Shown here piece by piece: positions 36,018-47,425 of a stretch of DNA of 64,000 bases. Position numbers and translations under genes: made by a program. Positions within the stretch are counted from its first letter, which is position 1. Every line of letters begins with the position of its first letter. The DNA comes from Tubulanus polymorphus (taxonomy: Eukaryota; Animalia; Nemertea). Below the pieces are notes generated by a model. The model had not been told where the DNA came from and searched no databases. It saw only the letters and a list, made by a program, of their open reading frames with translations. The DNA lies in contig NC_134028.1 of assembly GCF_964204645.1 (NCBI RefSeq), positions 23,742,345 to 23,806,344 of the forward strand, given 5' to 3'.

Positions 36018-37070
36018 ATCATTTTGGGAGACTGCTGTTTGCCGGTCAATTCAATCCAATTCAATTATCGATATATTCAGATCCGAAATAATTTTATTGA
36101 TCCTTGATATTACGTAATTTATATGATATTATTTATTGTCGAAAATGTTAAGCAATGTATATGTTATTTTTCAAGGCGTCAAGAAACTTTCAAGATTTTT
36201 CATAACGTTCTCCACTGCATATTAACATAAATGTATACATCATTCGATGACATTTCGCTAAAATGTTGTTTAAAAAGGTGGTAAATTTTCAAGCCAGACT
36301 TAAATTTTAAAGTCGAGATCTTCTTACAATTCCTATCGCACTCTAATAATCAGGAAAGGCGCAATTACATTGGTTACAATTTGATTTTTGGGTTTAAAAT
36401 TAAAAATGAACAACAAAAGAATATGGACACACTAAACTCACAACTGTGGAACTGACTCTGTTGATATTTTCTATTAACACGAACATTTTCGATACTTTAT
36501 GAAATAAACAATTCCGTCATTGTAACGTATGTAGTTATATTCTAAGGTCCCTTGTTGAGCTCTTACCTCGCGTGCTCAGGAGAAAGTCTTGCGGGTGCAT
36601 ATAGGGTTATTCATTCTGATTCAGTCGAAATGTTGCATTGATCCTGATATTTTTTATCAGTTTAAAACTCTTTACAATCCGCACGTAAGTTACTCGCATA
36701 TTTTTGGTGCAAAGACGCAAATTCTCGGCTGAGATGGTGTTGGACGCCACCTTGAATATTTTCATACGATCAGAACAACTACAAGAGATGCGAACTGATG
36801 AACTGGATCCAGGACCCTACTGGAAAGTTGTTGCATGATTGACGTATTCTAACGTTTAGAGTCTGCTAACTAGGACGCGAAAAAACGACCTTGAATATGA
36901 AAAAATGTATGACCTTATCATTAAAGTTTATTTGTCGCCTGGAGATATAAATAATAAAACACTTTTTTGGTAGCGATATCGGTTTCCTTTGAGTAGATCA
37001 TTTCAGTTATGAAGCCAATCGTTACATGAACAGCTCGAAGCCGTTGGTGTGTCTAGAGGGAAGCGACACA

Positions 37071-38907
37071 ATGTGCGGGAATACAGAAATGTGTATAATT
37101 CTTTCATGCACGATAATCGTATACATACAAGGTTTAAGTTAGTACCAGCTGCATGTTCACATTAGATTTCCAAAAAAGATTGCTTATGTAGAAAAAAAAT
37201 GATGATGATTTTCATTGAATAGATCTATAAATTGCTAGGGCTGGATCCTTCATAGCCATAGAGTGCGCTTAAAATGTATCGATTTATTACCTTTTATGTA
37301 TGTATAGCTTATGAAAAAATGAGCATCCTATGATCATTTCACGCCGGTAGCCATATTTTTCATACTTTTCTCGCCGACTAAAAAGAATTTTGAAAAAAAA
37401 TGTATGTTCACTATTGTCATCGTACGGAAGCCCCTAGGTGACATATGAGATAATTTTTTTCATAATTTCGACTTATTAAGTCGAATTTCGACATAATAAG
37501 TCGAATTTCGACTTAATAAGTCGAATTTCGACATAATAAGTCGAATTTCGTGTTAATTAAGTCGAATTTCGACTTAATAAGTCGAAATTGTGAAAAAAAC
37601 TTTCTCGTATGTCACCTAGGGGCTTCCGTATCATCGTATGTACAATTTTGCATCTATATTAAATTCAAGCATTGCGAAACGTCGCTTTAAACAAACCGGC
37701 AAACCAGAGTACCACCCGTACAGAAGATAGCTTCGGGTCTGCGGGAAATGCTATTGACGGTAATACTGATACGAGATATTACTCCGGTGGTTGTAGTCAC
37801 ACCGCAGCATCAGTTCCCGGGGCTCCCTGGTGGATGGTTGATTTACAGGCTGTTTACGAAGTCAAGGCTGTTACGTTGTTGAATAGAGATAAAGCTCGTA
37901 AGTTATTTGAAATGAAATATGCGAAAATTTCTGAAAATCATGTAATTACATTTAACAGATCACGAGAAAGTTTATACAGCGGTAGAAAGTGTTGAATAAT
38001 TGCTTAAAACTTTGTTCATTTTGAAAGTGAGGAAAGAAAATAATTGATTTCACTAATAGGGCGAAAACGTTAATAAGGTCCACCAAAAACACATTTATAA
38101 TTGTTTGTATCATGTCGGATATTCGCATTGTTTTGAATCCGGTACATTAAACGGGCCATAACTAGACTCTATTTGTTAATCGAATATTTCCATAAATTTT
38201 TTTAGCCGAGCGACTTGGAAACTTTACGATTATTGTATCTAGGGATAGCGTTACGAGTAATTTAGAACACGTTGACCCGTCCTCCGTCTGCGCGTTTCAA
38301 AGTGAACCTATAAAAGCGAGTGAAATGAAACAATTTGACTGTACAATGACCGGACGCTATGTAACTGTCACAAAACCCGAAGGTTCAGAATTGACTCTCT
38401 GCGAGGTCTACGTCTGGGCCAGTGACGGTAAAGTATCATTGAATGCAATTGACAAACTGATAGAAAATACATTCAATTCTGACGAGTTTTGTTATAAAAG
38501 TGAATTTTTTTTTTCAGAGCCTTTGTCGCTGTATTCCACTGAAGGTACATTCAATCTGATATGTTGTAAAAATCTTGTTTCTGTTTTAACGTGGTGCAAC
38601 ATTTTCAAAGTATTTTTGAAATGTTTGTCTCTCGTCAAGTTGCAGGAATAAATCATTCATCATTGGTTTTGCTATTTCAGATACGTATGAGATATACACA
38701 CACGTTGACGTTATTGAACCTGAACCCTACTCTGTAATGGCGAACCCACGTGACGACTGTGTTTTCAAGTGTAACGTGGATAAACGTTGCGAGTCTGCGC
38801 TCGTGAAAGACAACTGGTGTAGACTTTATTCCAGTTCCGTTAAAATAAAAAATATCGCTTCATCAAACGGAATATTATACACGACACTAACACCGACCAT
38901 ATTGTAA
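37071..38907 (+). CDS. F-type lectin + PAN, copy 3
   Basis: Signal exon at 37071; lectin exons near 37670 and 38206; stop at 38905-38907. Confidence 0.78.
37423..37630. mobile_element. MITE with TAC..GTA termini and 6-bp TSD (IS3EU-like)
   Basis: TIR TACGGAAGCCCCTAGGTGACAT; TSD TCATCG; absent from paralogous introns; internal ~21-bp palindromic tandem units AATTTCGACTTAATAAGTCG. Confidence 0.85.
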
Positions 38908-39969
38908 ATCATTTTGGGAGACTGTTTGTCGGCCAATTCAATCCAATTCAATTATCGATATATTCAGATCCAAAATAACTTTATTGATCCTTGATATTAT
39001 GTAATTTATATGATATTATTTATTGTCGAAAATGTTAAGCAATGTATATGTTATTTTTCAAGGCGTCAAGAAACTTTCAAGCTTTTTCATACCGTTCTCC
39101 ACTGCATATTAACATAAGTGTATACATCATTCGATGACATTTCGCTAGAATGTTGTTTAAAAAGGTGGTTAATTTTCAAGCCAGACTTAAATTTTAAAGT
39201 CGAGATCTTCTTACAATTCCTAATCGCGCTCTAATAATCAGGAAAGGCGCAATTACATTGGTTACAATTTGATTTTTGGGTTTAAAATCAAAAATGAACA
39301 ACAAAAAAATATGGACACACTACAACTCACAACTGTGGAACTGACTCTGTTGCTATTTTCTATTAACACGAACATTTTCTATACTTAAAAATAAACAATT
39401 CCGTCATTGTAACGTATGTAGTTATATTCTAAGGTCCCTTGTTGAGCTCTTACCTAGCGTGCTCAGGAGAAAGTCTTGCGGGTGCATATAGGGTTATTCA
39501 TTCTGATTCAGTCGAAATGTTGCATTGATCCTGATATTTTTATCAGTTTAAAACTCTTTACAATCCGCACGTAAGTTACTCACATATTTTTTCGTGCAAA
39601 GACGCAAATTCTCGGCTGAGATGGTGTTGGACGCCACCTTAAATATTTTTCATATGATCAGCACCACAACAAGAGATGCGAACTGATGAACTGGATCCAG
39701 GACCCTACAGGAAAGTTGTTGCATGATTGACGTATTCTAACGTTTAGAGTCTGCTAACTAGGACGCTAAAATAACGACCTTGAATATGAAAAAAATTATG
39801 ACCTTATCATTAGAGATTATTTGTCGCCTGGAGATATAAATAATAAAACACCTTTTTGGTAGCGACATCGGTTTCCTTTGTTAGATCATTTCAGTTAAGA
39901 AGCCGTTACATAAACATGTTCGTTACATAAACAGCTCGAAGCCGTTGATGTGTCTAGGGAAGCGACACA

Positions 39970-42900
39970 ATGAGCGGGAATACAGAAATGTGTATAATTC
40001 TTTCATGCACGATAATCGTATACATACAAGGTTTAAGTAAGTACCAGCTGCATGTTCACATTAGATTTCCAAAAAAGATTGTTTTTGTAGAAAAAAAAAT
40101 GATGATGAAATTTGCATTGCATAGATCTATAAATTGCAAGGGCTGGATCCTTCATAGCCATAAAGTGCGCTTAAAATGTATCGACTTATTACCTTTTATG
40201 TATGTATAGCTTATGAAAAAATGAGCATCCTACACTCTTAGAACAAAGGGTTCTACCGTAGAACCTTTAGGGGTTCTTGGGCTTGCCTCCCAGGGAGAAC
40301 CCCTGAAGGTTCTTCAAAGAACCTTTTTTGTAGGGTTCCTTGAAGAACCCCTGGTAAAGGTTCTTTGAAGAACCATTTCGTATAAAGGGTTCTTGTTAGA
40401 ACCCTTTCAATATTGTCAAATGGTTCTTGACAGGGTTCTTGGGAGAACCATTTAAAGGTAATTTATTTTTAGGGTTCCTCATTCATTTTTTGACTGCTCA
40501 ATCTGTTCATGATTTGTCCATCCTCTGTTATGTTTGACTGCTCCCTTAATCCTCATGTGGATAAAAAAACTGATGATAAGAATCGCATAAAATTAACATC
40601 ATATAAACCTTTTTTATTATAAAATCTCATGAATTGAAATATTAATGATAAATATATTTACAATAAATGATACAAAAATAGTTTCACTAATTGGTTACAT
40701 GTACAATAAGATTGAAAGATGGAGAATTTTTTTCATTGCGCTAATCGCTTGGTATCTTAAATCGGTTGGGATTTTTTCGACACTAAGTCTAAAACATAAT
40801 GTTTCGAGAATATCAAAGTTTTTTAAAAGTTAGTGGTATAAGATGTAAGATGATATGCTAAACGTATAATAGGCCGACTTATGGCAGGCCACTCCGCTTA
40901 TTAAGAATCTGTCCACTTTCAATTAACTATAAGCCATCTTCTTACATATGTTTGTTTCAACGCGCTGCCACCCTCGCAACCTTTCAACCGCAGCGTCCGG
41001 ATTATAGTCGTATATTTCCTGAAATATAAATAACATTGAGAACAATTAATGGTGTAATAAAATCGATTATGTTTTGCAATAATGCACACTGCAAGTAAAT
41101 CTAAACACTTTCTTGTATTACATGCATAAGTTCCAAATACATTTATCAGTAGAAAAGACAAACGGTTAAAGTTAACAGTGGGATTAGATTCAGAAAAAAT
41201 ACAAACCTTTTTAATGGTTTTCAGGTCTTTCGCATCCTCTCTCAAAATCCCTGGTAATACGTGAAGCTCTGCTGTTCTCATCATATCTGAAAACCAGTAA
41301 ATATGTAGATTGAAAATGATTATCTTCTATCAAAATACAGTCAGACAGTAAAGGCTCATTGAGTCAAGATTTACTAACCTGTTTCTGCAATTTCGCTGCT
41401 TCGAAGGAAGGAAGCGACACGATTGCCATATGTACAGACTTCGTACATTTCTATAATTCTTTCCGCCATAGGTCCGAGATTGGAAAAACATCTTTTGCAC
41501 CGCGGTCTCACAATATGGTCAACTTCCATGGAACAATTTCTATAATACAAAAGTAATGGGAAAGTTTTAAATAATAATTATGGCTGATCTGATTCCGAGT
41601 CACTCCGGCTTTATGGCCTATATTTCATATATTTCAAATATCACAAATGTTATATACATTCATTGAATACAACTTACCAGAATTAATTCACATTTCCAAG
41701 CTTCAGATATTCATCTTACAAAACAACGAAAAGAACGAGTCGATATAGTTTAGTTTAGTTTAGTTTATTGCTCCAAAAAAGATATACAATTTTTCCGAGC
41801 ATAACAAAATAGTATGAATAGTATAAATATAAAAGCTAGCAAATTTATACATATTAATAGCCCTAGCTATAACAACCGTGTAGCAGTCGTAATGTATTTA
41901 GATAGACTGTAATACAGGTTTTCATTACTGAGCAATTGCTTGAATTTATAATGATTTGCGCCAATTCTATATATCTGTTAGGTATATACAAAATTCTAAA
42001 AGCGTTGAAAAATTCGCACTTCAGTATGAAATGATATTCGTCCCCAATAGTATTCTCGTTACATTTATTACAAACTCGTTCGTTCCGTGGTTTGTTTTCA
42101 TATCTACCAGTCTCTATTGGTAATTTATGGTTGGAACATCTAAATCTACATAGTGAGATTCTTAAACTTCGTGGTAGTGATGAAAGATATTTTTCTTGTC
42201 CCCAATCAGTTTTAAATATTCTATACGTATCTAATTTAGAGGATAGTACCATCGATCCATGCCATGTCTGTTTAAATTGATCTTCCAATCTAAGTTTTAC
42301 GAGTTCCCCAAGGTAGGGAATATTCGGAAAAGTTTGTTCCAACCATATATTACCAAGACCACAATTCTGTAAGATTGATTTGATACAGGATATCCATTTA
42401 CTTTGCGAACCATTTAAATGACTATTATAAAGAATGCGGTACATTTTACCAGAGTATGTCTCTTCATGCAGGATCAAGTGTCCCCAAAATTTTACCATAC
42501 GAACTTTGATACGAATTTCAAATGGAAACCTTCCTGTCTCACCGTATATCATCAAATTTGGTGTTGACCTCTTGAGGCTTAGCAGATATTTACAAAATGT
42601 TAAATGAATTTTTTCAATAACATCAAAATTTCCAAAGCCCCACACCTCACAACCAAATGTTAAAATCGATCCAACCATTGCGTCAAAGACTTGGAAAGCA
42701 GTATCAAAGTCAAGAGAAAAATGTTGAACTTTCTTAAGAACAAATATAAGCGCCTTCTTTGCGTGTTCACAAATCAGCTTTTTACATTTTGCAAAGTTTC
42801 CTGTATAATTAAAAAGCACACCTAAATATTTAAATTCAGATACAGTTTCGATTAATACTCCATCGATATTAAATACGGGTTGTCTAATAGACTTCCTTTT

Positions 42901-45900
42901 TTCGAATACAATGGCTTTAGTTTTACTAATATTGATTACTAATTTCCACCTTTTACAATAAGCGACCAACATATCGAGGTTTTTCTGAAGTGCACTTGCA
43001 CTATCGGCCAATAAGATCGTATCATCTGCGTACAGCAGAACTAGTAGCTGAACCCATAGATCTTCGTTTTCGAAGGGAGATGAAATCCCTTGACAACCAC
43101 TTTCAATTAATGAAGCCTCAAGGTCATTGACAAATATAGAAAAAAGCACTGGCGATAAATTTTCCCCTTGTCTCAATCCTATGTTACTAAGAAAACAACC
43201 TGAGGATTGACCCTGCACGTGAACCATGGATTTGATATGTTTATACATATTATGAATTACGTTTAGGATATTTCCGGTGATACCTGTTGAGATAAGTTTG
43301 TGCCACAGTGCCTTTCGCCATATTGTATCAAATGCCTTTTGGTAGTCAATAAAAATACAATAGAGCTTTCGCTTCTTACTAAAAAGGGTGTCAATTACTG
43401 AGTGAAGGGTGAAAATGTGATCCAAAATGCTATGATTTTTTCGAAATCCGGCTTGATTTCTATTCAGGAGTTCATTTGATTCAAGAAATTCATGGAGACG
43501 ATCGTTTAATATACTTGTGAATAACTTACTAATACAACTCAGTAATGTGATTCCCCGATAATTGTCCGGATCACGTGGCTCGCCTTTGTTCTTAAAAATA
43601 GGTGTAACTTTACCAATTGTCCAGTTCTCAGGGATAATCCCAGTTTCCAGGACCTTATTAAAGAGATTGACTAAAGTGGGCATTATTATATCTTCAGAGG
43701 TTTTAAGGAATTCGTTCAGTATCTCGTCACATCCAGGTGCCTTGTTATTCTTAAGTTTCTTATACTATATGCACTATGCACTGAGCGAAGTTTGTATGAG
43801 TCGTGGTGGCAGATAATTATACAACAGTTAGTTGCATGAACAAAGGAATAATTGCCTGATCATGTACACATGGCCCTATAGGCACGAAACTACAATAGCA
43901 TGATACTTATTAGGCCCAAAGCATTACGTTACTTTGAATTTCCACTATACTCTATGTTTTTATTCAACAAAAAATGTACAAAGACTTCGACTGAATGTTT
44001 TGATAGAAATTGAGCCGAAAATACACACAATTCTCATTTTTGAGTTGCATTAGAACTTTGAATTTACTAGTTCTTTTTAAACTGCACAGTCCATTCAGAA
44101 ACGCCTAGAGTTTAGAAGAGTTTAATTGTTTTTTTAAAGCATTAAAAAGCATTGTTCTTTTTTCTGCCGTCTCTCCATAAAACCTAGTCGATGTCTCAGA
44201 CTAGCAAATCAAGTTATTCAGTCTCTACATATTATTATCAGTCGATGTCGCAGACTAGCAAATCAAGTTATTCAGTCTCTACATATTATTATCAGTCGAT
44301 GTCGCAGACTAGCAAATCAAGTTATTCAGTCTCTACATATTATTATCACACGTTAAAGGCGTTCACCACTGATTTTAAACATACGACTTTTTAAATCTTA
44401 AAGAACGAATTAAAATAAAGGTTCATTAATTTTAAAAATGCATCCTTGTCGCACACGGTCACCATTTTTTAAATATTGTGATGATACATAGTAAATTGTT
44501 TTCAAAGTTAACCCAATTCTAATTTCCAGTCAAAATGTTTTGTATATAACCTACACCACATAGAAAATCAGTTATATTCATCAGCTATACTAATTATTCC
44601 CTGTTGCAGGTCTACTTAATTCTTAATTGACAATTGTGACCACATTAGGGTTCTTAGAAGAACCCTTATGTCTCGAAGAACCCCAATCTACATTCCATAT
44701 CGTTGAAACACCTTAAAGCCTCACCAAGAACCCCAAGGTTCTTCGAAGAACCCCCGAAGAACCATTTGTTCTAAGAGTGTATGATCATTTCACGCCGGTA
44801 GCCATATTTTTCATACTCTTCTCGCCGGCTAAAGAGAATTTTGAAAAAAATTGTATGTTCACTATTGTCATCGTATGTACAATTTTGCATCTATATTAAA
44901 TTCAAGCTTTACGAAACGTCGCTTTAAACAAACCGGCAAACCAGAGTACCACCCGTACACATGATAGCTTCGGGTCTGCGGGAAATGCTATTGACGGTAA
45001 TACTGATACGAGATATCACTCCGGTGGTTGTAGTCACACCGCAGCATCAGTTCCCGGGGCTCCCTGGTGGATGGTTGATTTACAGGCTGTTTACGAAGTC
45101 AAGGCTGTTACGTTGTTGAATAGAGATAAAGCTCGTAAGTTATTTGAAATGAAATATGCAAAAATTTCTGAAAATCATTTAATTACATTTAACAGATCAC
45201 GAGAAAGTTTATACAGCGGTAGAAAGTGTTGAATAATTGCTTAAAACTTTGTTCATTTTGAAAGTGAGGAAAGAAAATAATTGATTTCACTAATAGGGCG
45301 AAATCGTTAATAAGGTCCACCAAAAACACATTTATAATTGTTTGTATCATGTCGGATATTCGCATTGTTTTGAATCCGGTACATTAAACGGGCCATAACT
45401 AGACTCTATTTGTTAATCGAATATTTCCATAAATTTTTTTAGCCGAGCGACTTGGAAACTTTACGATTATTGTATCTAGGGATAGCGTTACGAGTAATCT
45501 AGAACACGTTGACCAGTCCTCCGTCTGCGCGTTTCAAAGTGAACCTATAAAAGCGAGTGAAATGAAACAATTTGACTGTACAATGACCGGACGCTATGTA
45601 ACTGTCACAAAACCCGAAGGTTCAGAATTGACTCTCTGCGAGGTCTACGTCTGGGCCAGTGACGGTAAAGTATCATTGAATGCAATTGACAAACTGATAG
45701 AAAATACATTCAATTCTGACGAGTTTTGTTATAAAAATGAATCTATTTTTTCAGAGCCTTTGTCGCTGTATTCCACTGAAGGTACATTCAATCTGATATG
45801 TTGTAAAAATCTTGTTTCTGTTTTAACGTGGTGCAACATTTTCAAAGTATTTTTGAAATGTTTGTCTCTCGTCAAGTTGCAGGAATAAATCATTCATCAT

Positions 45901-46144
45901 TGGTTTTACTATTTCAGATACGTATGAGATATACACACACGTTGACGTTATTGAACCTGAACCCTACTCTGTAATGGCGAACCCACGTGACGACTGTGTT
46001 TTCAAGTGTAACGTGGATAAACGTTGTGAGTCTGCGCTCGTGAAAGACAACTGGTGTAGACTTTATTGCGGTTCCGTTAAAATCAAAAACATCGCTTCAT
46101 CAAACGGAATATTATACGCGACACTAACACCGACCATATTGTAA
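39970..46144 (+). CDS. F-type lectin + PAN, copy 4 (near-identical to copy 2)
   Basis: Offset 10127 from copy 2 with the same exons and insertion; stop at 46142-46144. Confidence 0.75.
40233..44779. mobile_element. Second copy of the CACTA/EnSpm-like element
   Basis: Same TIRs, TA duplication and insertion site as 30106-34652. Confidence 0.85.
41746..43764 (-). mobile_element. 5'-truncated LINE with 606-aa RT-containing ORF (no endonuclease)
   Basis: RT motifs including YADD; C-terminal HKLPIETGRY...C..C....GDEYHFILKC; (CTAAA)n tail. Confidence 0.93.
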
Positions 46145-47425
46145 ATCATTTTGGGAGACTGTTTGCCGGTCAATTCAATCCAATTCAATTATCGATATAT
46201 TCAGATCCGAAATAATTTTATTGATCCTTGATATTACGTAATTTATATGATATTATTTATTGTCGAAAATGTTAAGCAATGTATATGTTATTTTTCAAGG
46301 CGTCAAGAAACTTTCAAGATTTTTCATAACGTTCTCCACTGCATATTAACATAAATGTATACATCATTCGATGACATTTCGCTAAAATGTTGTTTAAAAA
46401 GGTGGTAAATTTTCAAGCCAGACTTAAATTTTAAAGTCGAGATCTTCTTACAATTGCTATCGCACTCTAATAATCAGGAAAGGCGCAATTACATTGGTTA
46501 CAATTTGATTTTTGGGTTTAAAATTAAAAATGAACAACAAAAGAATATGGACACACTAAACTCACAACTGTGGAACTGACTCTGTTGCTATTTTCTATTA
46601 ACACGAACATTTTCTATACTTTATGAAATAAACAATTCCGTCATTGTAACGTATGTAGTTATATTCTAAGGTCCCTTGTTGAGCTCTTACCTAGCGTGCT
46701 CAGGAGAAAGTCTTGCGGGTGCATATAGGGTTATTCATTCTGATTCAGTCGAAATGTTGCATTGATCCTGATATTTTTATCAGTTTAAAACTCTTTACAA
46801 TCCGCACGTAAGTTACTCGCATATTTTTGGTGCAAAGACGCAAATTCTCGGCTGAGATGGTGTTGGACGCCACCTTGAATATTTTCATACGATCAGAACA
46901 ACTACAAGAGATGCGAACTGATGAACTGGATCCAGGACCCTACTGGAAAGTTGTTGCATGATTGACGTATTCTAACGTTTAGAGTCTGCTAACTAGGACG
47001 CGAAAAAACGACCTTGAATATGAAAAAATGTATGACCTTATCATTAAAGTTTATTTGTCGCCTGGAGATATAAATAATAAAACACTTTTTTGGTAGCGAT
47101 ATCGGTTTCCTTTGAGTAGATAATTTCAGTTATGAAGGCAATCGTTACATAAACAGCTCGAAGCCGTTGGTGTGTCTAGAGGGAAGTGACACAATGAGCG
47201 GGAATACAGAAATGTGTATAATTCTTTCATGCACGATAATCGTATACATACAAGGTTTAAGTTAGTACCATCTGCATGTTCACATTAGATTTCCAAAAAA
47301 GATTGCTTATGTAGAAAAAAAATGATGATGATTTTCATTGAATAGATCTATAAATTGCTAGGGCTGGATCCTTCATAGCCATAGAGTGCGCTTAAAATGT
47401 ATCGATTTATTACCTTTTATGTATG

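Larger units (their letters stand above)
28200..47425. repeat. Near-identical tandem segmental duplication, period ~10127 bp
   Basis: ORF pairs 29843/39970, 30518/40645, 34064/44191 and 35435/45562 share this offset; boundaries approximate. Confidence 0.85.

Noticed and set aside
41863-43683. 606-aa RT ORF as an active or domesticated reverse transcriptase
   Set aside because: It is 5'-truncated without an endonuclease, and the family-like C-terminus (NHYKFKQLL...LSKYI) is in another frame, indicating a dead LINE copy.
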